A stretch of DNA of 64,000 bases from Eledone cirrhosa (taxonomy: Eukaryota): contig OZ024743.1 of the NCBI GenBank assembly GCA_964016885.1, positions 196,602,001-196,666,000 of the forward strand, in the 5' to 3' direction. Below are positions 18,229 through 33,044 of this stretch, piece by piece. The position numbers and the translations under genes are program-made. The number at the start of each line of letters is the position of its first letter. Position 1 is the first letter of the stretch. Under the pieces are notes generated by a model that did not search any database, was not told where the DNA came from, and saw nothing but the letters and a program-made list of their open reading frames with translations.

Positions 18229-19465
18229 TAGTTTGTAGGAAAGAAAACAAGGCGGCGGTCCCTTCTGGGAAATGGTCGTGCTCGGTGTGTAGGAAAGGCG
18301 TAGGTAGAAACTCCATTTTATGTCCTAAATGCAAAGTATGGGTGCATAAAAGATGTAGTGGGATCACAGGTAAGCTAACTAAGAACATAGATTTTACATG
18401 TGGCCGGTGCTCTGGTGCAATAAGTAGCAGCAAGTGCCCACAAACTACTAGCTCTTTCAATTGCACAGAGGGTTCTATAGAAATAGTGGACAGCTTCCGT
18501 TACCTGGGCGATAAATTCAGCAGTGGGGGAGGGTGCTCTGAAAGTACTGTAGCTAGAGTCAGAACTGGTTGGAAAAAGTTCAGAGAGCTTATACCACTAT
18601 TAGCTGCTAAAGGGTTCTCACTAAAAATGAAAGGCAGGTTGTACGATGCCTGCATACGAACAGCAATGCTGCATGGCAGTGAGACCTGGGCATTGTGTGC
18701 AGAGGATATACGCAGACTAGAGAGGAACGAAGCTTGCATGCTCCGCTGGATGTGTAACAGTAATATACGTGAACGGCAAAGCATAAACGAACTAAGGAAA
18801 AAATTAGAGATAAGAGGGATCAGATGTTGTTTACTCGAGAGAAGGCTACGTTGGTATGGACACGTGATGCGCATGAAAGTCGATAGCTGTATAACAAAGT
18901 GCAGGGCAATAAAGATAGACGGTAGTCACGGAATAGGCAGACCTAGAAAAACCTGGGACGAGCTGATAAACTCCGACATCACACACTTACACCTCTCCAA
19001 GACAATGTCACTGGACCGAGACCTTTGGCGGTACTCAGTAACAGAGAAGACCCGCCTTACCTAAATATATAGTAAAACCTACTCCAGCCAGTAGGCATCT
19101 CTAACAAAATACACCCCGTCCCACCACCCCCACCCCCACCCGATCCACACCACCCCGTTCTATGTAAAGTTATGTTGGTGCCGCGCCTTCGAGGCCGAAA
19201 CAAATGAGATCGTGTAGGTGTCACGACAAAAAAACACACAGTCCACGCTGTAATGTGGCCGTGTAGGCAACACGGTAAAAACCTCCCAGACCCACACTGT
19301 AAATGTGGTTGGTGTTAGGAAGGGCATCCAACTGTAGAAAACCTGCCAGACAGTCCTATGCGAGCAAGACAATCACTCTTGCCTCAAGTGGGACTACCCC
19401 CGTCCAAACCCATGCAAGCGTGGAACACGGACGTTAAACGTTGATGATGATGATGATGATGATGA
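18229..19465 (+). mobile_element. RTE LINE family A copy 3 (5'-truncated, frame open to 19064)
   Basis: Near-identical to copy 1, with truncation within ~10 nt of the same point. GAT tail. Confidence 0.93.
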
Positions 19466-19556
19466 TATATATATATATATACACATATATATATATACAC
19501 ATACACACATATATATATATATATACACATACACACATATATATATATATATACAC

Positions 19557-19589
<33 letters not shown>

Positions 19590-19600
19590 TATATATATAT

Positions 19601-19642
<42 letters not shown>

Positions 19643-19643
19643 T

Positions 19644-19710
<67 letters not shown>

Positions 19711-19719
19711 TATATATAT

Positions 19720-19790
<71 letters not shown>

Positions 19791-19846
19791 TATATATATA
19801 CACATATATATATATATATATATACACATATATATATATATATATA

Positions 19847-19888
<42 letters not shown>

Positions 19889-19913
19889 CACATATATATA
19901 TATATATATACAC

Positions 19914-20040
<127 letters not shown>

Positions 20041-20077
20041 TATATATATATATACACATATATATATATATATATAT

Positions 20078-20294
<217 letters not shown>

Positions 20295-20313
20295 TATATA
20301 TATATATATACAC

Positions 20314-20412
<99 letters not shown>

Positions 20413-20603
20413 TATATATACACATATATATATATATATATACACATATATATATATATACATATATATACACATATATATATATATACATATATATACA
20501 CATATATATATATATACACATATATACACATATATATATATATACACATATATACACATATATATATATATACACATATATACACATATATATATATATA
20601 CAC

Positions 20604-20634
<31 letters not shown>

Positions 20635-20721
20635 CACATATATATATATATATATATATTTATATACACATATATATATATATATATATATTTATATACA
20701 CATATATATATATATATACAC

Positions 20722-23076
20722 AAGTGGCCAGGGGGGAGGCTAGGAGACAAGTGTACTTCGCAAGAAGGGAAGCTGAGGAACGAAAGTTCAAGCATGTTCT
20801 ACAACGCGAGGACCAAAAACGTGAGGTGTTCAGGATTGCTAGGCAATGTGTCAAGGAAAACCATGATATTGTTGGGGAGAAGTGTGTACTTAATGATGAC
20901 GGCGTACTTGCCATCACCGACGCTGATAAGAAGGTAGCTTGGAAGTGCCACTATGAAAGGCTACTAAATGAGGAGAATAAATGGGAGAAAGACAGTCTCC
21001 CCCACATCGACCCAATAGAGGGACCAGCAGTGTTAGTCGAGGGTAGTATAATAAGTAAGGCAATCAAGGATATGAAGACAGGTAAGGCGGCTGGGCCTTC
21101 GGAAATAGTTGCTGAGATGCTGAAGGCATCTGGCTCAGTGGGACACACCTTGGTCACCCGGATAGTTAACCAAGTCGTACAGAATGTGGTTGTTCCAAAG
21201 GACTGGCATAGCAGCATCATCGTTAACTGTTATAAGGGTAAAGGAGATGCCCTAGATAGGAGTAACTATAGAGGCATTAAACTAATCGACCAGGTCATGA
21301 AGGTCACGGAAAAAGTAATAGCGCAACTAATCAGAGATAGAATTGACCTAGAGGAAATGCAGTTCGGGTTTGTGTCAGGCAAAAGTACCACAGACGCTCT
21401 TTTCATTGTACGTCAACTACAGGAGAAGTACCTAGCTAAAGGTAAACCCCTATACTTAGCTTTTGTCGACTTGGAGAAAGCCTTCGACAGAGTCACCCGT
21501 TCCATTATCTGGTGGGCCCTTAGAAAACTAGGTGTCGACGAATGGCTTGTGAGAGCTATACAAGCCATGTATAAAGAAACAGTCAGCAAGGTTAGAATTA
21601 ACAACGAATATAGTGAAGAGTTTAGCGTAAAAGTTGGCGTCCATCAGGGCTCTGTTCTCAGCCCCCTACTATTTATTATTGCCCTTCAGGCTATAACAGA
21701 GGAGTTCAAGACCGGCTGCCCATGGGAACTCCTATACGCAGACGACCTGACACTCATAGCTGAATCAATGGCCGAGCAAGAGAAGAAATTCAAAACATGG
21801 AAGCACGGCCTAGAATCAAAAGGCCTTAAAATTAACCTGGCTAAGACTAAAGTTCTAGTTTGTAGGAAAGAAAATAAGGCGGCGGTCCCTTCCGGGAAAT
21901 GGCCATGCTCAGTGTGTAGGAAAGGCGTAGGTAGAAACTCCATTTTATGTCCCAAATGCAAAGTATTGGTGCATAAAAGATGTAGTGGGATCACAGGTAA
22001 GCTAACTAAGAACTTAGATTTTACATGTGGGCGGTGCTCTGGTGCAATAAGTAGCAGCGAGTGCACACAAAATACTAACTCTTTCAATTGTGCAGAGGGC
22101 TCTATAGAAATAGTGGACAGCTTCCGTTACCTGGGTGACAAAATCAGCAGTAGGGGAGGGTGCTCCGACAGTACAGTAGCTAGAGTCAGAACTGGATGGA
22201 AAAAGTTCAGAGAGCTTATACCACTATTAGCCGCTAAAGGGTTCTCCCTAAAAATGAAAGGCAGGTTGTATGATGACTGCATACGAGCAGCAATGTTGCA
22301 TGGCAGTGAGACCTGGGCATTGTGCGCATAGGATATACGCAGACTAGAGAGGAACGAAGCTTGCATGCTCCGCTGGATGTGTAATAGTAATATACGTGAA
22401 CGGCAAAGCATAAATGAACTAAGGAAAAAATTAGAAATAAGAGGGATCAGATGTTGTTTACTCGAGAGAAGGCTACGTTGGTACGGACACGTGATGCGCA
22501 TGAAAGTCGATAGCTGTATAACAAAGTGCAGGGCAATAAAGATAGACGGTAGCCACGGAATAGGCAGACCTAGAAAATCCTGGGACGAGCTGATAAACTC
22601 CGACCTCACACACTTACACCTCTCCAAGACAATGTCACTGGACCGAGACCTTTGGCGGTACTCAGTAATAGAGAAGACCCGCCTTACCTAAATACATAGT
22701 AAAACCTACTACAGCCAGTAGGCATCTCTAACAAAATACACCCCCGTCCCACCACCCACACCACCCCCTCCTATGTAAAGTTATGTTGGTGCTACAACAT
22801 CCAGGCCGAAACAAATGAGATCGTGTAGGTGTCACGACAAAAAAACACACAGTCCACGCTGTAATGTGGCCGTGTAGGCAACACGGTAAAAACCTCCCAG
22901 TCCCACACTGTAAATGTGGTTGGTGTTAGGAAGGGCATCCAACTGTAGAAAACCTGCCAGACAGTCCTATGCGAGCAAGACAATCACTCTTGCCTCAAGT
23001 GGGAATACCCCCGTCCAAACCCATGCAAGCGTGGAACACGGACGTTAAACGTTGATGATGATGATGATGATGATGA

Positions 23077-23080
<4 letters not shown>
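20722..23080 (+). mobile_element. RTE LINE family A copy 4, longest (complete RT, no APE, premature stop)
   Basis: [44 protein letters not shown]-like insert, FRYLG. GAG>TAG at 22329-22331, and the frame continues to 22691. 3'UTR and GAT tail. Confidence 0.95.
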
Positions 23081-23137
<57 letters not shown>

Positions 23138-23152
23138 TATATATATATATAA

Positions 23153-23308
23153 GAAAATGTTTTTTTTTTGAATGAAAAAAAATGAGATCTCCTACACAGT
23201 GAAAGTATAAGGAAAAGAAATTGAAAATGCAACTGGAGTTTTTTTAAGAAATATTCTTAAATAAAAATCCTTAAAAAGACTCCAGTTGCATTTTCAATTT
23301 CTTTTCCT
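23153..23308. repeat. TA-flanked foldback (arms spanning 23210-23308)
   Basis: AGGAAAAGAAATTGAAAATGCAACTGGAGT...ACTCCAGTTGCATTTTCAATTTCTTTTCCT. Confidence 0.75.
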
Positions 23309-24907
23309 CATATATATATATGACAATCATGAGTCACATTCTACTTGGGCCTTGGCGGCCATATTCTTCCCATGCAATAGTGTTTAATTGGCCATTTTGT
23401 TGGAAATGTTCAACCATATCTTTCTCAGAGCTAAACTGATTAAAAAGGAGAGACTGGTCCTTTATTTCATCAACCGCTCAAAACTGATCATGCGATGCAA
23501 ATGAAGACTGAATGGCATTTGTCTGACATGCTAACACTTCAGCCATTTCACTACCATGCGCGTGTGTGTGTACGTGTGTGTGTGCGCGTGTGTGTGTGTG
23601 TGCACATGTGTGTATGTGCACCATAATTGTGCCTATGTTTACACCAGTGTTGTATATATATATTGAGCCATTGTGACCCATATCTAAGTATGAAGAAGTA
23701 GTACTTGATAAAATATGTACCAGACTTAAATAAGAACTAGTGTTGATATGATTGACTAAAATCTTGAAAAGGAAATGCTCCAGCATGGTGGTAGCAGTTC
23801 AATGAGTGAAATGAGCAAAAGTGTAATAAGAAAATAATCTCAGTTTTTGACTACTTCTTGAATTTTTCACTTTCTGCAATCTTTCAGCACTGAGAACATT
23901 GTATCACTAGAAATACCACAATCATTCCAGCAGAACTATAATTGTAAAAATGTTGCCAATTTGTTCTAAATAATCAATACATCAAGAAGGAACTATTGTA
24001 AATAGATGTTGTCGACCCACAGCTACCATACTAAAAACTCACTGAAAGTTTGATAAGTACAGCCAATGTGAAACCTGCCAATTTTTAAAGAGCCCCTCAG
24101 GGTACAAAAAGCCTTGTATGCAACTATATTAGTTTCTACGTTTTACAAACAAAACATGGTATTGCAATGTGTCTTATTATTTAAAACTGTAGTTTTACCT
24201 ACATTAAATATATCTTAAATATTTTAATATATTTTTAAATGCATAAATATTTCTTTATTTAATTAGTTGTAAATTAGACTGTGAATTACAGTTATGTTCT
24301 GGCATAAATTGAGATTGCTTCAAGCTCTCTCTACAGGTAGACAGATAAGGGTAATTTTCTTCTGATGAACTGCCAGCTAACTGTGTAACAAATGATAGTT
24401 TACATTATATATATTATTCGGTGCAAACAACTCAGTCATGCATATAAAAAGCCTAAAATGTTAACAAGACAGAAAGTTATTAGGCATAATAGAAACAAGT
24501 CTTCTTGTTTCGAACAAAGTTATTTCTCAGGTTCTCAGAAAAATAAACAGAGAATGAGAAAAAGTGTAGAAATCAAATAAAAAGGTTGAATGCCACCCAA
24601 TATAATACCACCACCTAGTTCATAAGGGTTTTTAGCAGTGTTTGCTACAGGAATCTTGCAGATTGTTTCCTTCACCATTTAATACAGTTTAAATTAAACT
24701 AAAGCATCAAAAGTATCTATCTCATCAGTTGTGGATAGACTGTGGAAGGCCTACTGAGAGCCTACCGAGAGCCTGTGAAGAGCCTGTGAAGGGCCAAAAA
24801 AAAATTGTACCAGATTTTTGAAGATAGCCAATGACTGACCCTAATTAATGGGATGGCCAAACTGGTATTCAAAGAAAGAGAAGCAAATTAGAGAAACTCA
24901 TAATGTA

Positions 24908-25241
24908 TCATCATCATTTCATTTTACGTCCACTTTTCCCTGCTTGCAAGGGTGGGACGGGAACTGATTCTGGCTTGATTTCTACAGCTGGATGCCCTTC
25001 CTAACACCAACCTCATTTACAGTGAGTGCTGGGTGCTTTTTTGCCGTGGCACCTCCACGACCACTTTGCAGTGGAATGATAGGGACTCCAGTCCCTATCA
25101 TCTCATTTCTACAGCTGAGTAAACTGGAGCAATGTGAAATAAAGTGCCTTGCTCAAGGAAACAACACATCACCCGGTCTGAGAATTGAACTCACAACCTT
25201 TCGATTGCAAGGCCAATGCTCTAACCACTAAGCCATGTGCC
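24908..25241 (-). mobile_element. tRNA-derived CORE-like SINE with RTE-type tail (paralog of 10659-10984)
   Basis: Same A/B boxes, CORE-like motif and RTE tail. Shares ~230 bp of flank with the 10.7-11.35 kb copy. Confidence 0.85.
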
Positions 25242-25269
25242 TCCATGTATATTTGTGTATTAATGTTTG

Positions 25270-25590
25270 TGTGTGAGTGAGGGAGTGAAAAATGTTGATT
25301 GAGTGCATCTGTGTGAGTGAGAGAGTGAAAGATATTGACTGAGTGCATGTGTGAGTGAGAGAGTGTTGACTGTGTGAGTGAGAGAGTGTTGACTGTGTGA
25401 GTGAGAGAGTGTTGACTGTGTGAGTGAGAGAGTGTTGACTGTGTGAGTGAGAGAGTGAAGAGTGTTGACTGTGTGAGTGAGAGAGTGAAGAGTGTTGACT
25501 GTGTGAGTGAGAGTGAAGAGTGTTTACTGTGAGTGAGAGTGAAGAGTGTTTACTGTGAGTGAGAGTGAAGAGTGTTGACTGAGTGCACAT
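25270..25590. repeat. 22-29 bp GT/GA minisatellite
   Basis: Tandem GAGAGTGTTGACTGTGTGAGTG variants. Confidence 0.85.
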
Positions 25591-25768
25591 GTGTGTACAT
25601 AGTTTTCTGTATGTGAGTGAAAGAGCAAGGAGTGTATGTACACGGTCTTAGGTGTATGTGTTTTTGTTATTGTTGATTGTCTGTGTCTGTGAGTGTATGT
25701 GTTTCATTTTTTTTTAATGGATGTAAGGTGTTTACATCTCAATTGTCTTGTAGAGGTAGTGTACAAGT

Positions 25769-25918
25769 ATATGAGGGTAGACTGAAAAATTCATAGGTTG
25801 ACTATGAAGGGGAAATGCTAGGGCTGTGAAATCGTGATTGCATTAATTCTAACTCTTCTTATTAATAACTGCATTGTGTCTTTCCAAATAAACTGACATC
25901 TGACTGTTCAAAGAAACC
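25769..25918 (+). mobile_element. Possible mariner-type terminal fragment
   Basis: TATGAGGGTAGACTGAAAAATTCATAGG resembles mariner TIR starts (TACGAGGG...GAAAAGTT). No partner TIR found. Confidence 0.35.
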
Positions 25919-26994
25919 ACGGTGGGGTCAAGGATTGAAGGAGGAAATGTTGCTCGAATAACGAGGTTTGGGATGGGTGTAAAGATAGTTAGAAGAAATG
26001 TGTGAGGTGTCGATGGAGATTGATGAGGAAAGATTGGAGGTTTGGCAGTGGAGTAGAGAGGCAAAGAAGATGAGAAAAGAGTACGGATTAAAGAGTAGTG
26101 TGTGGAAATTGTTGTAGAAAATAGTTGTGATGAAAATCAGAGGTAAAATCCAACGTAATCCAAAATGGTAATCCAGTGGTGTAATCCAAGGTAGAAAGAA
26201 CTCCACGAATTAAAGTACTCCGAGGATGGGGTAAAATTAATAGGAAAGATGGTAGTTGAACGATAGCAACCAGCCATCTGCAGACGTCACTTTAAACTCA
26301 GCAAACGACGCTTCAAACTTTGCAGATGGCAAACTTCTAAAAATCTGTCGATTCCAACATATAAATTGTAAATGGGACACGCACAAAGTTACCAACAGTT
26401 ATCAGAAGTAAACTACATCTATCTTTTTGGTCTAATGGCTCTACACGTTGTCACTGATTTCAAACCTATACAAGCTGACAGAGTGGATAAAGAACTCGGC
26501 TATTTACGAAGTGTATCAATATCAGCAGATTGTTCCTTCGTCATATAGATATATTCGCTTCGATAACACCAGACGCAGCAAATTTTGTCTACCAACTTAA
26601 GGAATGTATGTCTAATTAGCAATCAACTATTTCTCGACCACAAGTGTTATTAAAATAAAACTCCAGAAAATGTCACGCACTTTTTGTGCTTCTTTAAAAA
26701 CCCCTAAGCAGATCTTTTTAAAGTCCCAGGTGAGACGACCAATTAATTCGTTATAGGAAGACACAGAAACTGGGAATCAATCAGAATTTATCGAATAAAA
26801 CAGGCGCATTTATCACCAAGCATAACAATCAGATTGGCATCTATCATTAAACATTCTTCACGTATCTCTGGCACTCAAACCTCTCTACCTTATAGTCAAG
26901 AATATTAAACGGTATATATGATTCAAGAATGTATTAGTTTCCTCATTATTTATTTTTATATATATTTGGTATGGAAGCGTTCTTAAATTCAGAA

Positions 26995-27040
26995 ATCTCT
27001 TAACGTTTCGAAAACCTCGCAACCCTATCTTCAGAATACG
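26995..27040 (-). ncRNA. Degenerate hammerhead-like motif
   Basis: Minus strand reads CTGAAGA...CGAAACGTTA with palindromic AACGTT. Stems I and II pair poorly. Confidence 0.35.
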
Positions 27041-27307
27041 AGGGATTGTCGTAAAAGTGTGTGTCTACATATATATATATATAAATATATATATATGCAC
27101 TTTTATAAAAATCACTCGTATTCTTCACTTGAATAATATATATATATATATCATTCAAGTAAAGAAACGTTCGTTGCTCAATTAACCGACGGACTGTAGT
27201 GTAAACAGACGTAAAGCAGTTAATACTTGCCTACAGAAACCGTTATGTACATCATATACTTACTGGTACTGCTATCATATCAAAAACAAAAAACCTTACA
27301 ACTCAAC

Positions 27308-27380
27308 ATCTATCTGATGAAAACACGTCAAATAGTTATTATGTAATCACTTTCATGTCTTTGAAATACGTATAACAGGG
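27308..27380 (+). ncRNA. Degenerate hammerhead-like motif
   Basis: CTGATGA (27314) ... GAAA (27363), followed by palindromic ATACGTAT. Stem II is partly decayed. Confidence 0.4.
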
Positions 27381-28080
27381 TTATAAAATAAACAGAGGAT
27401 GTAGACATAAAATCATCTCTCTTCTTCCTTATATATTAAAGGAAAGTAACTGATTGTCAGAACAAACCAACAAAATTTATTGCGTTTTAACTCTCTCTCT
27501 CTCTACATTATGTCAAGTGTAACATCTAACACCAAACGAACCAACCAATGAACCAACTCGACCACATATCGGGCATTATATTTATCAAATACTTCATGAA
27601 TCAATGGTAATCTAACTTTAATCTAATCTACTTTACTTCTTCCTAGTTTATTTGTTCTCTTTAGATAAGTTTAATGGGGGTTTTCTTTTATTTATAAACA
27701 CATTAAGATATTTCTATCATAATTTTATTACCTGCCATACATCTTCCGTAATTGATTATTTTTGGTAAGATTTCAGATAGATTTATTTACTTGTCACATA
27801 CTTTACGAATAAATGGTATACTTGGTTAAATCTCCTATACCGCAAGTATACGTCATAGCTGTTGTTTTTTTACTTTAGATAGGATGATGGATTTTATTTT
27901 ATTTTTTATGTAACAAACTAAGGTCTATAATAAGTTCTTACTTTCAGTAATCATAACTACGACCAGTTCCGGATTTAGCCAGAAGCTAAACAAGGTACAG
28001 CTTAGGGCTTCAGAATCCACAGGACACCAAAAATAACTAAAACCCATATATAGTTTCAATTTTTCTGTACATTTTAATAA

Positions 28081-28260
28081 TTCTTTCTACTTTTGGCACA
28101 AGGCCAGCAATTATCTCAGTGCATTACTGGTACTTTATTTTATCGACCCCGAAAGATGAAGTTAACCGCGGCGGGATTTGAACTCAGACCGTAAAGGGAC
28201 GTAACTATGCTGGAAAGCATGGTGTCCGACCCTCTACCGATACTACCAAACCACCGCCCT
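28081..28260 (-). mobile_element. SINE family A (tRNA-like B box)
   Basis: CTGAGTTCAAATCCCGCCG...GGGGTCGATAAAATAAAGTACCAGT consensus, repeated many times in the window. Further copies lie near 29455-29590, 31015-31130, 34460-34810, 35090-35200, 36450-36552, 37605-37720 and 44650-44825. Confidence 0.85.
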
Positions 28261-28581
28261 CTGTACTTTTTAATAATAGGGCTCCAAGCTTTACATAGAT
28301 TTGGACAGAGTTTGTCAATCCTTTAAGCATGCAAAACAAAAAAAAAAGCAGCAAAAAAAAAGCATGCGCCCCACTATGATCGGACAAAGCACTACCATAA
28401 TATATACGCCCTGTTCTAAAGTCCCACGCTCCAGCTTTAGAAACACCAAGCCTAAATACGGCATAGGCTACAACTAAGTTATTCATTTTAGCATGTCAGA
28501 TGAGATTGTATCTCACCCATTTTAAAGTAAAATATCTATAAACGGATTCTACCAATGATGAATTTATTATATATTTTTTCA

Positions 28582-28635
<54 letters not shown>

Positions 28636-29079
28636 CTGAAGTCTGTCTCAAATCGAAAGGCTTGTCAAACCGGTGCTTATCCTGGATTCGTGGCGTGAAG
28701 CGACAGAGTACAAGACTCCACCCCTTCCCTGGACATGACCCCCACCTCCCCAGCTGCTGGTATTCATTTTCAACTGAGTATACTGGAGGAATGTGAAATG
28801 AAGTGTTTTGCTCAAGAACACAACCCAACCTAGGAACCGAACCACGAAATTCGTTTATGCAAAGAGGAAAGTTGATCATGGTGGGATTTGCACTCAGAAC
28901 CTAAAGGTGTAAATTAAATAACGTAAAGTAGTTTGTCTGGCGCTCTACCGATTCTGACAATCAAGCTAGCAAAATAAATATAAATAAAAAAAACATACAC
29001 GTATTTATGCAAATAGCATGTTAACTTTGGCTGTCTATAGACGAAAACAAACGAGAGAAAAATAAGAAGTTAGACTTAC

Positions 29080-29155
29080 CGCTTACATGTAAATACGCTT
29101 GCAAATCTTTCAGTGATGTTATTTTATTTACCCTGTCTTTTGTCGTTTTTGGAAT
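29080..29155 (-). CDS. Candidate coding exon 2 of a secreted protein, PDGF/VEGF-like propeptide
   Basis: Acceptor cttattttattacag and donor G|gtaagt. The 76-nt open frame IPKTTKDRVNKITSLKDLQAYLHVS (phase 0 to 1) resembles the PDGF-A pro-region IPxxxxxRL...IxSxxDLQxxL. Confidence 0.62.
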
Positions 29156-29944
29156 CTGTAATAAAATAAGATACAAATAAATAGTAACATATTAAATATA
29201 AACATTCCTGCAAATCTGTCAATGTAAGTTTAATTGCTATTAGTTGCTCCTGTTTTGGGAATGAGAAAAAAAAAAGGAAAAAATGGAATATCTTCATAAT
29301 TAAGTTAAGGGTTGAGTTATTGAATATATATATATATGAACCCATATATATGAGTCCTAGAGTCATCGTAGAGACATACAGCGATTCTTAGTCATTTTTT
29401 AAAACTAAGCGGAACCCATTTTTTCCAGAGAGAGTGATAGAGATATAGAGGAAGAATTGAACCCAGTACTAGACCGGTCATTTTTTTATCGACCGCGAAA
29501 AGATGAAAGGTAAAGTTGAGCTCAGACACTCGAAACGATAAAAACAAAGCATTTTATCCGATGTTCTAACGACTGCCAATTCGCCGCCACTGATTTTTTT
29601 TAATGCAGTACGTAAAATAATAGCACAAGGGTAGCAATTTGGAGAAAGGGGAACGTCGATTCTATCGACCCCAGTACTTAACTAATTTTTCTTATGGTTG
29701 GATGAATAACAATAATTGGAATTTATGTTTTGGTTGTAGAAATAAAACAATTGTTGGCAATCCTTAAAATGAAGGGAAGATCATTTTAAAAAAAAATAGG
29801 AATTAATTTTTCAAAGTTAGTTTTAAACAAAGCCAGTTAAAACGAACTTTTAACCACACATCTGAAACAAATTATGAAATAAATTGTAGTTGGCAGAGAG
29901 AAAAGAGGGAACTAGACTACTCTGAAGCTTCATATCTTCATTTT

Positions 29945-30960
29945 CTTCTCAAACATATTTCTGGGAGGGCCGTGGGGAAAGACACAACAAACACTCCTTC
30001 CAGTGGGTCCTGTCGGAAGCAACCATCTCCAATTGATCCAGATGGATCCCCAAGCAAGACCAGCCAAGCTCATGGATGTTATCCAAACACCTTGCTCGGG
30101 GTCTACCCCTGGGTCTCCTGTCAGTTGGTTTTTGTGCGTAAAATCTATACATCGATTCTTTCCTGAGATATTCTAACGACATGCCCATAGTATCGGAGCT
30201 GCGATCTCTCAGTTCGGAGAAGTAGAGATTCTACTGGGGAGTGACTCTCTGATCTCCGAGCTACGCACTCTATCGAGTAACATTACTCCAAAGACCTTTC
30301 AAAGGAATCCATTTTAGACTGCTTGTATTCGCAATGGTATTCTTTGGGTTCATCGATTTGGTCAAGTCTCTATCCGAGGGAATGCAGACATTTGTAGTGC
30401 ATAGTAGCAACACCTCTAGCGAGTTTGTGGTCAGGTCACAAATGTAGTTATACAAAGGTGTGTACCTGCTCTACCACTACATCCGAATAAAAATACTAGT
30501 GCATACATATAGAGACATCAAGGTAACAAGAAGCTATCCATCGATTCCATATTCCCGCAGAACCTTCCGCAGCAGGTCCAGTTGAACGAGGTCACATGCC
30601 TTTTCTAATAGAGTCCATTAGTAGAATAGAAGTCTAATAAGGTCTCTCCATTTATTTAGTTCGTGATCACCGTTTCTTCCAACCACTTCTTTCCATATGA
30701 AGTAATGAGTGCCAACAAGTGTCCAATTAGGATATATGATTCAGTCTTAACTACATCTAACGCTGCAGTGACTTCATCTCTGTTAGGTGCATAAACTTGC
30801 ACCACATATAGATACCTCTCTTTCTGTTTAAGCTTCAATAGGTACATTCTCCCCCACCCACAATGGGATCCAGTCCATAATACATTCCGATAGCTGGTGG
30901 CTTGTGAATATCCCCTCTCCCGCCAGGGAGTTAAGTTTCTACAGCACCAGAGCAAAGAAA
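29945..30960 (-). mobile_element. Old degenerate RTE LINE fragments
   Basis: Broken frames: RRPRGRPRARCLDNIHELGW, ASDRTHWKE, and upstream endonuclease-like VVQVYAPN. Confidence 0.7.
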
Positions 30961-31241
30961 CTTTATTAAGGAAACCGACTATATCTATTCAGTAGCATCA
31001 GGCCTCCTTCACAAGTTCTGAGTTAAAATCCCGCCGAGGTTAACTTTGCCCTTCATTACGGGGTCAATAAAATAAAGTACCAGTGATGCACTAAGGTAAT
31101 TGCTGGCCTTGTGCCAAAAATAGAAACAATTATATTTACGATTCAAAGTAATCATATTTTTTTCCTTTTTGCTAAAGTGAAGTTATATGTTCAACCAGAA
31201 TTATTGGTATTTGTCGTCTTCCACAACAACCAAAACTTCGC

Positions 31242-31280
<39 letters not shown>

Positions 31281-33044
31281 TTGTAACTTTTTAAAATATG
31301 CACAAACGTACACCCAATGGATTTCCTATCTCAGTCATGTTGCTATAATACGAAGTTCACCTTCCAATCACGAGCTCCAACAAATAGTTATTTCTCCAAA
31401 GTAACTCATACATTTAATTCTGTATGTCATTTGTAAATATATGTACATACATTTATATAATTTTATCCAAGAAATGAATTATTAAACACCCATTTTTACC
31501 TTTACATATTTCCACACGATCAACAGAAAAGCGGGCGCGTGGAATTAACGTCAAAGTGGTTGAATATTCCGTATACACAAGTAACCTTAACATATTTCTC
31601 AGGGGGAAGATTCAGTGTGATAGAGTGTATGAAATGACTAGTACTTTGATTTAAACGCACAGCTCACTTTGTTTTTCTAACTAACTTAACTGCAACAACG
31701 TGAAATAAAGTGTCTTGCTCAAGGACACGAAGCCAAGAATCGAACCAATGGCCTTACGATCGGGATCCGAAAACTCTTGAATACTACATCACGTGCTTTC
31801 AAGAATACAGTGTATACACATTCCAATAGGCCTGTGCATTCTCATAAAACTATATTCTCAGAAAAAAAATATTTTCAGAACTGCAATAGAATCAAGAATT
31901 CAGCTCCTCCTCTTCGTTAGTGCGAACATATAGACAAGGGGCAGGGAATTATATTTTTTATATACAAAGATCACATTCAATTAAATATAATCTAATAAAG
32001 CAGCTAAAAAAAAATTACCAAATAACACGAAATATGATGCAATTACATTTATTCTGATAATGTAATTATAAAGTGAGAAATAAAAATATAAACTGATTTT
32101 TTAATCACATATGCAGGCACGTGCATATTAATTAAGCCAGAGATGATTATGGTATGAGCTTTGTCTCGATTTGTTTCAGTTACAAAAAAGAAACAATACA
32201 ATCAAAATCAAAATAATCTAGACTTCATTTCCGTTATCAAAGTAGTTTTATTTTATTTTCTATTTGTTGTTGCTAGTATAGATTCATATAAAGTATAGAT
32301 TCATGTCAGATAAAGCTGTTCAGACCTGGAGATGGATGGGCTTCGCCAGGTTTAAAATGCTTTATATATGCTGCATGTCACTGCAGCGCCCCTACGACTC
32401 CATCAAATGATAAGGGATTGTGTATACATACATCGGGGGCGGTGGAAGCATTCTGAATTGGGGAGGAGGTGGTCGTAGCGATTAGTTTAGCTGTTATTAT
32501 CAAATATCAATCTAGATAAAAAAATAAAAAAAAACTTCGATATGCGATAAACATAACAATCATAATATGTACATAAATTGTAGCTTATATACAAATAGAT
32601 GTGTGGTTTGGTAGTTTGGGGAGAAAAATAAAATTATTGGGGGGATCCATGGCCACCTTGCTCCCCCTCCTCCAGTACATACATATATACATACACCAGT
32701 AAAGCAAATGGAAATCTGTATTCCAGTTGTTAGATCACATGAGCTTAACTGGTCTCGCTTGGGGATTCAGCCGGATCAGCTTAAACTTTTGCTAATCAAT
32801 ATATCGATATTGATGTAATTTAGAAAACCTAGTTTTGGAATGAAGCTACATTTCAGGAGAAAGGGAGTCAGCAGGGTATAGGGAGTGATCTGTAGTAAAT
32901 GTCACAAGGAGCGATGAGCGGGTTTGATATTATGTACTTCGCTAGCTAGTTTGGTGGACAAAACTGCTGTAGTTGCTATAGAAGAGCGCCAGAATGTTTG
33001 TTTAAAAAGAGTATCATCTCAAATATGTGTGAACTAAATAGGGA

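Noticed and set aside
24361-24400. CTGATGA heptamer
   Set aside because: No stem II or downstream GAAA, so likely chance.
26270-26340. Candidate exon 3 of the secreted-protein gene
   Set aside because: The phase-1 reading hits a stop and has no PDGF cysteine pattern.
27963-28466. Possible hAT-like TIR pair around a SINE
   Set aside because: The TIR match is weak and there is no TSD.
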